NCBI GenBank assembly: GCA_016748015.1
Contig: JAAOMT010000480.1
Span: 620,001 to 684,000 of the forward strand
From: Geosiphon pyriformis uo1
Lineage: Eukaryota > Fungi > Glomeromycota
Length of the DNA stretch: 64,000 bases
Direction: 5' to 3'
Both the position numbers and the translations under genes were made by a program. Shown here piece by piece: positions 50,701 through 62,413 of this stretch (position 1 is the stretch's first letter; each line of letters begins with the position of its first letter). A model generated the notes under the pieces. It made no database searches. It saw nothing but the letters and a program-made list of their open reading frames with translations, and was not told the origin of the DNA.

Positions 50701-51189
50701 TCAGCTATCAGTTGTTTTAATTGTCTTTGCTGTTGGGGTTCTAAGAGACCCATGTTAATTCGAGAGAGTTTTTCTTTCAAAAGATGGTAGTTTTCAGTAA
50801 TAGGAATGATATTTGAATTTGGGAGTAGAGTATGCCTTACAATTTCGATAAAATTAGAAACAATTTGAGGGTTTTTATCTTGAAAGATGTTACTGTATAT
50901 AATTCCAATCTCTAATTTGTTCAATAAGACAATGGAGTAATTATTGAAGTTGTAGAATATAACTCAAAATTTTTTCATTTCTTTGGAAATATAAACGTTT
51001 GGGATTAAGATTTCATGCTTCAAACAAATTTGTTTATTGGATTCAAAAATTTGTTGGGTAGTGGTGGGTTTTGAGCAAGTGTAAATTTCGTAATGTTCTC
51101 CAAAAAGTGAAATGGTAATTGGTTGAGAAAGTTGAAAAATTTGGTGAGATTTATTCTGTACATTAAGAGCTATGTTTACTGACACTGTA

Positions 51190-51635
51190 AATTGTCCAGT
51201 TGAACCAAAACCTTGTATTCTTCTTTTACTTTTTTCCAATTGTTCTCTGTTGTTAACTGATTGTAAACCTGAAATGTTGATTAAGGGTAGATAAATTGCT
51301 TGGGCAATTTTTTCAGCATGTTCAATCCTGAATGGTTTGTCTGTTTCATTCTGCAATATGATAATAATGTCTTCAGTATATCCTGCATCTATAATTCTTT
51401 CTCTAACATTAATTTTTTTGCTTGCCAGTAATGATTGAGAAGCAATTTGTACCATTGCTCCTAGTGGTATTTCAAGAGCAATTCTGAGGTTGATTTTGGT
51501 TATGAATTTTGGTTGAAGAACTAAAGTGTCTTTGTCAGAATATCTGAAGTTGTATTCTGTATCAATTTCATGAGCTTTTTCTGGTTTTATTTCTTGTCCA
51601 TTGTTGTCAAAGTATTTGAGTTGTATAGCAGGCTG
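51190..51635 (-). pseudogene. E1 dUTPase domain within the polyprotein
   Basis: In ORF 50964-52313: motif 1 DTEYNF (decayed DAGYDL), motif 2 SQSL (SRSS), motif 3 IIDAGYT, motif 4 EKIAQAI and motif 5 RRIQGFGSTG. Confidence 0.92.
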
Positions 51636-51734
51636 GTTTTCAGTAAGATAGATTGGTGTTGTTGTGATTTCTTTTTTTGTTTCAGGTTTTCCAAATTCGA
51701 TTTTTTTTTGGTCATTTTTACTGGGCAAGAAAAT

Positions 51735-52345
51735 GTTAAAAACATAGCATTCTGGACACCATTTGTCATCACAAAGCATGATGTATTCTTTACACAATTG
51801 AATGTTCATTTGTTCTAATTGTTGAATTTGAGCTTTTTGGATTGGATAAGTGTGGCTTGCAATTTGGTGGTAGGTTTCTACTTTATCTTCATAATCAAAT
51901 CCAGCTAATTTTATGGTATATTCAATGTATTTAGCTTCTTTTATTTGGTGAACATCTTCTTGAGTGGCTCTATTAATTAATGTCATTGCTAAGTCAAAAA
52001 TTATTTCAGCATCATGAGAATAGTAGTAAAGTTTATTGAAAGCACTGTTATATACTGCATTAAATGGTGTTTCTCTTCTGACTTTTTTCGAAATTAATAA
52101 AACATATTGACAGGTTTGATCACATACTTCTCCTTTTATTGCAACATCAATCCAGTTGTATTCTTCTGGTAGCATATCTCCACATGTGAGGCAAGATGTG
52201 TTATCCCATTTTCCATTTTTTTTTGGGGATCCAAATCGTTCTCTATGACATGCTTTGCAGAAGTAGCAGGTGTGAGTTTCATATTTCTCTTCTGGGGAAA
52301 TACAGGCTTTCATAAATAAAAGCTTCTTTTTGTAATCTTTGTATT
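51735..52345 (-). pseudogene. E1 Cys-rich domain of unknown function between protease and dUTPase
   Basis: CYFCKACH...WDNTSCLTCG...CDQTC...LCKEYIMLCDDKWCPEC, in frame with the dUTPase. Confidence 0.75.
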
Positions 52346-52544
52346 TTAGTGGGATGTATGGTGGTTCTTTTCATAGTTCTGATGTGGAATACTAAACTTT
52401 CTTCTATCTTCTTGTTTTTTCAAAACTTTTTTGTTCTGTTTCCTTAGCCTAATTGAATGTTGATCCAAAAGCCATGTAGGTTTCAGTGAGTGGCATTTTT
52501 TTCTTCTTCTCAAATTCAAATACTGGGGCTTTTTCTGATTATTT

Positions 52545-52935
52545 GTTGAAAGTACCACAAGTAGCAGATACTATGGTGTATTGTCCTTGGTATGAAATTT
52601 TTAGTTCTTGAGTTTCTCAGTCTAAGTTTGCATTTGCCTTAAAAAGCCAATTGTTTCTAACAAGAGCTTAGTATTGGGGTGCATCCATAACTAAAACTTT
52701 GACTGGAATGATGATTCTATTAATGATGAATGGGGAATTGTCAATTTTTTCTACTGGTGTCTTTTTTATATTATTTGCTATAACAATTACAGTTTGGGCT
52801 GATCTGTTAACAGTTCTTTAAAGCTGTTGCATTAACTGGTAGGTGATAATACTTCTAGCTAATCCATTGTTTAGAATTAATCAGATGGGTTTTTCTTTTA
52901 CTGTAGCTTTAGTGTACATGGCAGTGATAGCTTTT
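52545..52935 (-). pseudogene. E1 aspartic protease
   Basis: ITAMYTKATVKEKPI*LILNNGLARSII (decayed LILDSGSAGSII) and a decayed ALVGNDWL. Confidence 0.8.
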
Positions 52936-55000
52936 TGTTTATTAGCTGCTGCATTACTAAGCAAGAATGGTGATTCATTTGCTTCAAATTCGAATGGAAA
53001 TATATCTGAGAGATTGGCATTTTGAGCAATTTGGGCTGGTGGAATAGTGTTGTTGGAAGAGTTTGATTTTGGTGCTGCAATTTCATCTTCAGAAAGTGAA
53101 ATTTGTTGAAAATTCGATCCTTCAGACATTATAAGATAACTGGGTTGAGTGTGATAGTGATTGGGTCTTTGCTGACCAGAATTTCGGGGAACCAACTGGT
53201 TATTTGGATTGATTCTGTTGTTGTTATTCTGAAATTGATTTTGGGGTGTGAATTAGTTATGTTGAACCAATCTTCTGGCTGGTACTTGGTATTGTTGAGT
53301 GGGTGGTGTTTGATATTGCTAAATTGGTAAAGATTGCTGATATTGTTGCTGCATTAGTTGTGAAGCTGGTTAATAGTAACTGTTTTAATTTTGTGGTCTT
53401 GATAAATAATAAGTTGGTAGTGAAAGTTGGTAATAAGATTGTTGTGGTAAAGAGTAATATTGATTACTCCTGTTTTGTTGGTCTCTTTGTAATTTCCTAT
53501 AATCTTGTTTCCAGTGTTCTGAAATTCCACAATAATGACAAATTTGAAGTTGGTTGTTAGATGGTAATCTAAAACTGTTTTGGTTGTGTTGTTGTAAGGG
53601 TTGATATTTTTGTGGTTGTTGCTGCTGTTGTTGTTGGTTTGTAAAATAGCTTTCAATCTTCTTTGTGAGTTGGTCTATCTTTTCTTCAGCTGCTGAGCTA
53701 GTTTTTTCAATGGCTAGGTTGACAAGTTTGGTGTGGTTTGCTTCTTCCATTGCCATTTTATAGTTCTTTGCATGTCTAATGGCAGTTGCTAAGTCTGTTG
53801 GTACATGTGAACAGACTTTCTTAATCAATTTGTCTTTTAATCTTGCTATAAACTGATCCAGAATCTGAGTATTGAAATAGTAGTCATTGGTTTCCAATTG
53901 TCAAATTTGTTAAAGAAGTTTGTTGAATTTCCCAAGATAGATCATGACAGTTTTAGATGTTTTTTGTTTGATATTGTGAAAGCAATTGTGGGGAGTAATA
54001 GAGATGTTGTTTTTAGTAAATTGTTGTAAGAAAGCATTTTTGAATGCTTGTCAGTTTTCAAATGATTCTTCTAAGTTTTCAAACCATTCTTCTGCAATTC
54101 TTTGAAGAAAGTATAGGATTGCTTTGAGCATTTTTGCTGCATTTTAACCATCTGCATCTCCTGCTTTTTGAACTTTGTTAAGCCATTCTTGAAGACTGGT
54201 ATTATTATTTTCACTAATAAATTCTGGGATTTTTGCAATGTAAGCAGTTGTTATTTCTTCTTTATTTTCTGTAATTTTTTCTGGTTCTGATTCAGTTTTT
54301 TCATTGTCTAAGTTCTCTGAATGATTACTTTCATTTTCCTGTAAGTAATCAATGATATTGGTGCTTGTTGATATTGGTTTCTGCTGTTGAGTAGAATTTC
54401 TGGATAACTGAAAGTCTTTTGGTCTAGAAAAACGGTTAAGTAGTGAATTTGGTGTTTGTAGTCAAGCAAGTAAAATTGAAAATAGTGTAATAGAAAGTGG
54501 TAATTTGACACTGGTTCTTTGTTCAAATGTTTGCAAGTGTTTGGCAGTTGTCTTTGGTAGTATTGAAGTGTTTGGAGTGGTTCTTGAGTATTGTTTCACT
54601 TTTTGTTTGCCTTTGTTGCTTGTTTCTGTTTCTGATTCAAAGTCAAGAGAGTATTTGAACTGTACTAAGTATTTTTCTTCACAATATTCAATAATGTTAA
54701 ATTTAAGTTCTTGGAAGTAGGTAGCAAGTGTTTTACTATTCAGGTCTTCTGTTCTCAATTGTGAATAGTGCACTAAATTATTGTAGAGATTGTTTCTGAC
54801 TTCTAAAATATTGTAATTTCCAAAAAAATAGTTGTTAATACGATTTTTAATGTATTAATATAGTGATTTCTTGAAAATTTCAATTTCGTCTTGGATATTG
54901 AATCTTTGCTTGCAGTGTGTATAGATTGACTGATAATACTTTAGAGTTGTTGTGTTTGGTGTGGTCACTACTTTGAATTTGTTGTTGCTGTATTATTTCC
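52936..55000 (-). pseudogene. E1 gag (capsid-like domain, CCHC knuckle, Q/N/P/Y-rich linker)
   Basis: ORF 53385-53897 (QILDQFIARL…CHYCGISEHWKQD), AYIAKIPEFISE and AILYFLQRIAEEWF. Confidence 0.85.
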
Positions 55001-55014
55001 ATAGGAGAGCACCA
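55000..55014 (-). promoter_or_regulatory. E1 primer-binding site
   Basis: TGGTGCTCTCCTATG lies 2 nt after the 5' LTR; same type as the E2 PBS. Confidence 0.85.
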
Positions 55015-55016
55015 AA

Positions 55017-55989
55017 TGTTACTAGAGGTTTTTAGTCTCTTTTTTTGAATATTGTTAATGTTGATTTGCTGTGAATTCACATTTCCAGGAAGTAGTTGGA
55101 TCTCCAGTAACTGAATTTATCTTCAAATTATCTTCTATAATTTGAACTGCTGGGCTTATAAGTAGAATGGCCAATTCTGTACCAGTTACTTTGTGTAGTT
55201 ACATTGTAGTAAACATCAACTCTTTCTTAGGAATTGCTCATCTGGAAGCTCACTAAAAATGTGTAGTTACTTTGCTGTAAAAGTTAACTCTTCTACAGAA
55301 ATCTTGTCTGTAGACTACCCTAATAATTATGATAAGAAAAGAAAAAAAAAATAAAAAAAATGTGAAAAAAATAGAATTTTATCAAGAGAAACATTTTTTA
55401 TTCAGGCCTGGAGTCATTAACAGATTACTGAAATTGGAAGCTAATCAATTTCAAAAACATTAATTGTGTTAAGGAAATTTCAAATACAATAATTCATGGA
55501 TTTGGTTTTCGAATATTTAATTTTTATTTGAATATGTAAAAGGTAATTTGTTCTAATTAAGATATCTAAAGTGAGATATTATGTTAAGATACTATAAAAA
55601 GATACATTTTCTTGAAGAGAAAAGCTTTTCTTTTATACAACTTGTTGTAGTACTAGTCTTTGAACTTGCACTTTTCTCTTTGCTATAATTTGGGTGAACT
55701 AATGATACATTTTGGCAAATTACAAGTTATTTCACTAAACTATTTGATTATTTCGGCCAATTTTCATTAATTTTGGCAAATTTTGACTATGTTAAATGGT
55801 TTAAAGTATTGTGTAATTTGATCATTTTAATTTCTAGAGTACAAATTGGATTATTGATTGAGTAATAATATTTGATAATTTGATTAAATAATAAGTGATA
55901 ATTGAAATAATAATAATGTATGCTAATTAATAATAGAAATTATGAAGGTAATTTCATGTCAATTAATAATTAAAATTCTACTGGTAACA
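55017..55989 (-). repeat. E1 5' LTR
   Basis: Direct repeat of 46076-47048, followed on the minus strand by the PBS. Confidence 0.96.
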
Positions 55990-56870
55990 ATGCAACAGCC
56001 AATGTATTAACTACCTGTATATCAATCTCCAATTTATCAACCACAGCTACAAGTAATATATTAACCATAGTCACAAGTAATATATCAGCTTCAACAAATT
56101 TGAACACTGCCACAAAACTTACTTCAAAACAAAACCCAAAGGCCGAGAATAATACAACAAAGCTGGAGATTGGCAATAATAGTCTATCAACCAATTCCCA
56201 GTTCTTCAACCCAGCCATCAGAATTTTGACAATAGAATTCAGGCATCAGGTACAACCAAAACCCAAATGCCCAACACTATTTAAGTTTTTTGATTACCCA
56301 AAAGATGCCGCATTCAATAATCAGAACCCCAGCCAAAACCAATCACCTATCAGCAATATATCCTTAGCCATCATAATCAATGATGAATTGTTAGCAGCAA
56401 TTTTCTCCTTTGAATTTGAGAAACTGTTACAAACACTATTATTCAGTGGAGCCGTTCTTAACACCAAATCAATCATTGCCATGTATACCAATGCCAAAGT
56501 CAATAGGCAACCTATCAAACTTATCTTTAATAGCAGATCAGCTGGCAGCATCATAATAAGACAACTCATAAACCAATTAGGTCACCAAATTAATCACACT
56601 GCCAATACTAAGATTATTATTGCTAATGATATCACAAAAACATCTATTGGTGAGATTAACAAGTTTCTATTTGAAATCAATGGTCTTATTACACCCATTA
56701 AAGTCTTGGTAATAGAAGCCACCCAATACCAAGTTCTAATTAGTAATGACTGGCTGTTCAAGACCAACACTGTATTTGACTGGATCACCCAGAAACTACA
56801 ACTCAGCCAAAATGGTTAATACATATGAGTTCCAGCCATATATAGACACTTTAAAGCTCTTTCAAACAAA
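55990..56870 (+). pseudogene. E2 gag linker and aspartic protease
   Basis: YQPQ-type repeats, then AMYTNAKVNRQPIKLIFNSRSAGSII (decayed LILDSGSAGS) and VLISNDWL in ORF 56100-56819. Confidence 0.85.
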
Positions 56871-57184
56871 CAACCATTGATCAAGCTAGAGAAAAAAAAA
56901 GAAAAACCTACATGGGAAGTGTATCAAGTCTTTTGAGCTGACGAAAACCACAACAAGTTACCACCAATACTCTCTTGAAATGGCAATAAAAAAAAAAACA
57001 AAAAGAAGAACTTACCTGAAATTCTAACCAAGCCTGGGAAATTAACAATGACCAGAAAGATTTAATAACTTGAAAAGAAGAAAAAAGCAAGAAAAGAAAA
57101 AGAAAAGAGAAGGAAAAAGAGCCAGCACCAACCACCACCACTTATAGTTCACATGCTTACACTTTACTACAACTATCTAACTAT

Positions 57185-57835
57185 TGCTGACCAAAATTGG
57201 TATGCATTAATTGTAATAAGAAATTGTTATTAATGAGCACATATTGTGATAATGATAAGAAATACCAAACAGCAACCAAGTTTTATTGCCACCCATGCAT
57301 CTTTAAATACTTTAGAAGACCAAAATGAGTTGAAAAATGGGATAACAAACCATGTTTGGCTTGTGGAGAAACTCTTTTAGATAAAAGAATATAGAATAAC
57401 ATTCTTGGACGAGGAGAAATATGTAATAAATTGTGTTAATACATGATTCTAATAAGTGACTGGGTTAGAAAAAGAACACCAATAGAAGCTGCCTGAAGAA
57501 GAGCTGTAAAATGTCTGAATGGATGTCCACACAATGATGACAAAATCTGGCAAATGACACTTACCAAAATCGAAAGAGTCTTATTAGAAGAAACAAGAAT
57601 GATCAAAAACAACCTACCAGAACTCATAGAATTAGACTGAGACCCAGAACCAGTCATAAATTTTCTGGATTCAGAACAATTTTATGAACACTACCAAGAA
57701 TTAGCACTCACAAGAGAAGAGCAAAAACAATACTTAAAGCAGCTGAACACTTGACTGTATCAACACTGCCTAATTCTATGTGACTTTCAATATTGTAATA
57801 AGTGTGACCTTATTTACAATCTATCACCACACATG
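57185..57835 (+). pseudogene. E2 Cys-rich domain of unknown function
   Basis: CINC...FYCHPC...WDNKPCLACG...CNKLC...CPH...HCLILCDFQYCNKC, homologous to the E1 domain. Confidence 0.75.
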
Positions 57836-58045
57836 ATCTACACAATTCTGGAAAAGAAAAAACCAATCAGCAGTTGTGCATCAGAATTGGAATCAACTTT
57901 CAATTCCAATTCAAACTCTGACAATGACAACAACAAAAACAATGGTTCCAGTTTCATTCAATATGGCAATGAAAATAACAATGATTCAGACTCCAATTCA
58001 AACCCTGAAACATACATAGTACTTCCTGATCTCTCTAAAAAGTAG

Positions 58046-58478
58046 GAACTTAGATGGTTCAGCAATAATAATAAAAATATTATGCCAGAACATGCACATA
58101 ATACTGATGCAAAGTTTGATTTGAGATATTCTAGAAAAGATGTCATCAAATTAGAACCATATTTTCACACATGCATTGATCTCAAAGTAGCACTGGAAAT
58201 TTCAGCAACAACAATGGTTCAATTAGTATTCAGGAGTAGTTTAGCAAAAAAAGAAATCAACATCAGAGGAGAAATAATTAATACAGAATATGTAGAAAAT
58301 ATTATTGCTATGCTACAAAATAATTCATAAAAGGCCTATATCATAGAGCCAAATGAAAAGATAGCACAAGTAATATTTCTGTCTTTGGTTAAAGTAGCTT
58401 AATTAGTATTAGTAGAAAACAGAAAAGAATTGGGAATTACAGCTAAAAAAATACAGGGATTTGAATCAATGGGTAGGA
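58046..58478 (+). pseudogene. E2 dUTPase domain
   Basis: DAKFDLRY, RSSLAKK, GEIINTEY, EKIAQVIF and IQGFESMG. Confidence 0.88.
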
Positions 58479-58878
58479 TAGATGTACCAGTTAATATGGC
58501 AGAAGAAGAAATTATTGACAAGGAAGAAATTATCTTCACTAGTCAACCAATTTTCATTCCACCATATGATCAGTACATGGTAATTATAAAAAAAAAGTAA
58601 AAGATCAGATCCAGATTTTTGAGGCAGAAGCAACACTTTGTAAATCAGGAAAGATTGGATTAGTTAATCTACACATACCAGCCAAAAACCACAGTCACAT
58701 CAAAATTTCCATCTACAACAACACAAAAGATATCATTGAGATACTGAAAGGAACCACCATTGAATATTTAACTATCGAAATTGAAAAACAATTACCAAAT
58801 TTCATTTCAGACTTTCTACAACTGTGCAGATATTTAGATATTACATTTCAAACAATATACAGATGAGAAGAATGTTAT

Positions 58879-60290
58879 TTGTTCCAATCAGAACAATTGG
58901 AACAGATAAACTTAGAAAATCTAGACCCACTACAACATATGCAGCTTAAGATATTACTTAACAATTTTAATAATATTTTTGTTAGCAAAAATGAATTTGG
59001 CAGAACTGACATAATCCAGCACCAGATCAAGACTGAAGATGCAATGCCAATTAAACAAAGAGCATACAAAGTATCACTAGCCAGCTATGAGATTATTCAT
59101 CAAGAAATAAATCAGATGCTTAACAATAGATTAATTCAATCCTTAATGAGCCTATGGTCATTACTAGTGGTATTAGTCTATAAAAAGAATAAAAAAATCC
59201 ACTTTTGTGTGGATTACCGAAAACTGAATAGATTAACCAAAGGAGATAGCTATCCAACACCAAAGATCCAAAAGCTTTTTGATGCTTTTGGAGGAAAAAA
59301 ATGGTTCTCAACTCTAGACTTAGACAGCAGTTATTGGCAAGTAGCCATGAAACCAGAAGATAAAAAGAAGACAGCATTTACAATATGAGAAGAAAATTTT
59401 GAATTCAAGATTATGCTATTTAACTTGATGAATACTTCTACCACATTTCAACAATTCATGAAGATTGTCTATATCAGACTGCTATGAAAATTAGTAGTTG
59501 TATACTTGGATAATACCAACATGTTTTTAAAAACATTTGATAATCATCTGTATCATCTTCAACAAGTATTTGAAAAACTCAGAAGAGCCGGATTGAAATT
59601 AAATGCAACTAAATGTTTCTTTGGAAAAACTGAACTCAAGTTTTTGGAACATGTTATAAGCAAAGACAGTATCAAAACAGACTCAGATAAGATTGCAATA
59701 GTAAAGAACTTTCCAGTACCAACCAACTTGATAGAACTAAGAGCATTTTGGGATTTGCAGGCTATTACCACCACTTTATCAAAGATTTCTAAACTGGCTC
59801 AGTTACTCTATTATCTACAAACCAAGAATGTAAACTACAAATAGACAGAAGCTCAACAGAAGACATTCAACACACTAAGAAGAAAGCTTATTCAAGCTCC
59901 AGTGTTGATATATTTAGATCACAGCAAACCATTTATCATCACTACCAATGCATCAGACCAAGCATTGGGAGCAGTACTATCTTAGAAAGGACCAGATAAA
60001 AGAGAACACTTAGTAGCATATGCTAGCAGAAGTTTAAGTCCAGCTGAAAAGAACTATGGAACTTCAGCATTAGAATATTTAGCTATCTATTGGACTGTTA
60101 TTAAATGAAAAGAATACTTGAGTCAAAAGTTTGATGTGTACACTAATCACAAAGGATTGACTTTAATCCAGAAGCAAAAATTTGGAGACAATTGTTATGC
60201 AAGATAGAAAATAATACTATCATCATATACATTTACAGTACATTATAAAAAAGGAAAAGACAATGGAAATGCTGACAGTTTGTCATAAAT
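58879..60290 (+). pseudogene. E2 reverse transcriptase and RNase H
   Basis: FCVDYRKLN, FSTLDLDSSYWQV, VYLDNT (YLDD), LKLNATKCFFG, TNAS...LGAVL, YASRSL and NADSLS. Confidence 0.92.
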
Positions 60291-60333
60291 GAAACAAATC
60301 TAAAAACATTTTGACTCAAAAATATAACAAAAA

Positions 60334-61710
60334 ATGAATATACAAAAATACCAACAACTCCAACATTATATAAATACCCAATTGTTCAAGAAGAAATTAT
60401 CTTAAAAAGAACAAAACAACATAAAACAACAATCAAAATATTTTATCAACTACCAAAATATACTTTACCAAAAAAACAGAAAGAATTCAGATCAACCAAC
60501 CAGAGTAATTACAGAACCAGAGAAAGAGACAATATTATTCAATATGCACTCAAATTCAACAGCAGGACATTTTTATAAAGAAGCAACCATGGAAAAAATC
60601 AGAAGAAGATACTATTGGCCATTAATATATCTGAACATTATTCAATATGTTCAAAGTTGTAATGCTTGTCAAAGAAGAGATGGAACAAAACCCAGTAAAT
60701 CATTAAAACCAATCAAAGTGGAACAACCATTTGATCGTATCAGAATTGACTTAGTTGGACCATTAACAATCACTAGCAAAGACAACAGATATATTGCAGT
60801 AGTCATAAACTATCTTACAAAATGGCCAGAAGCAAAAGCCATTCAAAAAGCAGATACAGAATTTGTTGCTGAATTTGTTTATCAAGATTTAATCTGTTGA
60901 CACGAATGTCTAAAAAAACTATTATCTGATCAAGAAATTCACTTTGTGAATAGAACATTGACAGAATTGAGTCAAAGATTTGGAATAAAAAGACTATTAT
61001 CATTATCATATCATCAACAAACAAATAGGTTAGTTAAATAATTCAACCAAACATTATATGAAGCAATAGTCAAAATCAGCCAAGAAAACCAGAATAAATA
61101 AGATTTGTTTATATTATCAGTATTATTTGCTTATCGAACAATAAAGCAAAACATAACACAAACAACACTGTTTGAATTAGTATATGGTAGAACAGCAATG
61201 TTACCAGTTAAGATAGAAGTTAAAACATATCCAACAGAACCAATAACAGAAGAGAATTTTCAAAGAACATTGTTAAAAAAAGCATATAACTTAATAGAGA
61301 CACTAGAAAACACATGACAAAGAGCAGCTGATAACATTCAAAAGTCACAAAAAAAACAAAAAAAAAGACACAATAATCAACTACCAGAGAAACCAGTTGA
61401 ATTTAAGATTGGAGACAAAGTATTTTTACATCGTACCAAAGTAGAAAAACAATAGAGTGAAAAATTTGACCCCAAATAGGACAGACCATTTTACATAGAA
61501 GAAATTTTTGGAAATGAAGCTTATAAATTAAGGTTGAACAACAAAATCTTAACCAAAGCAGCACATGGTAATTAACTGAAACAATATTACCATATAGCAT
61601 CAACATCTATCAGTAATATTTCACAATTAAAAGTACAGAGAATACTAGTCAAACCAAATAAGATTCTATGAGATCTAGAACCAATTATAATTATTGAACC
61701 AAACATATAA
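60334..61710 (+). pseudogene. E2 integrase
   Basis: MHSNSTAGHF…CNACQ (HHCC), IDLVGPL, LTKWPEA, LSDQEIHF and PK*DRPF (decayed PKWDGPF). Confidence 0.92.
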
Positions 61711-61749
61711 AATTGAACAACCAAAAGAGTATATAAAAACATAGTATAC

Positions 61750-62399
61750 ATGACAAAAGACAACAGAAAATGGTGATTACTGACAGCATTCACTTACTAG
61801 CACAACAACTCTTTCAACTAATCCAACAATGAAAGATAGAAATTATAATTAACTAACAAACTATCAAATACACCAACACCAGAAAAGGAACACAAGATAA
61901 AATACAGAGAAAAACAGAAAACACTGTTGACAAAATAATCACAAAAGTGAAATTGGCAATAAAAACACAACCAAAAGTAATCCAATATTAAGAATTGACT
62001 ATAGAAACTTGGAATTAGTGGATGCAACAATTTCCAAGAAACTTTTGTTACTTTTATTTGAGACAACACTTGAACATTTAAGACTTGTACATGGATAAAA
62101 CAAAACAATTATTTGACACATCAATACTACAACAGCTAGAACAATTTGTGAAAAAAAACAATTTAACTACACAAGTCAGAGCCATTTATTGGCTATACAC
62201 CAGATTTCAAGATTGACTAGAAATCTTACTCAATTTAAAAATAGACTCTATTACCATTAACCAAATGAGAAAAATAACCAATGCTCAATTTGAAGACTTA
62301 CAGAACAAGATAGCACAAATAATTCTTGAAAAAAAAGTCCAAGAAATACTCAAAGATAAAGAATTAAAATTAGAAGATCTCGACAGAGCTCAATATTAA
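61750..62399 (+). pseudogene. E2 accessory 3' ORF (unknown function), disrupted
   Basis: The C-terminal frame reads YFYLRQHL…QVRAIYWLYTRF…ITINQMRKITNAQFEDL…EDLDRAQY* and ends at the PPT. Start approximate. Confidence 0.7.
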
Positions 62400-62413
62400 A
62401 AAAAAGAAAATAA

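Larger units (their letters stand above)
46076..55989 (-). mobile_element. E1: full-length Ty3/Gypsy LTR retrotransposon (LTR family A, 9.9 kb) nested antisense in E2 gag
   Basis: Paired 973-bp LTRs, 9-bp terminal inverted repeat TGTTACCAG/CTGGTAACA, PBS and PPT. Flanks ACAC/ATGC are compatible with a decayed ACGC TSD. Confidence 0.96.
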
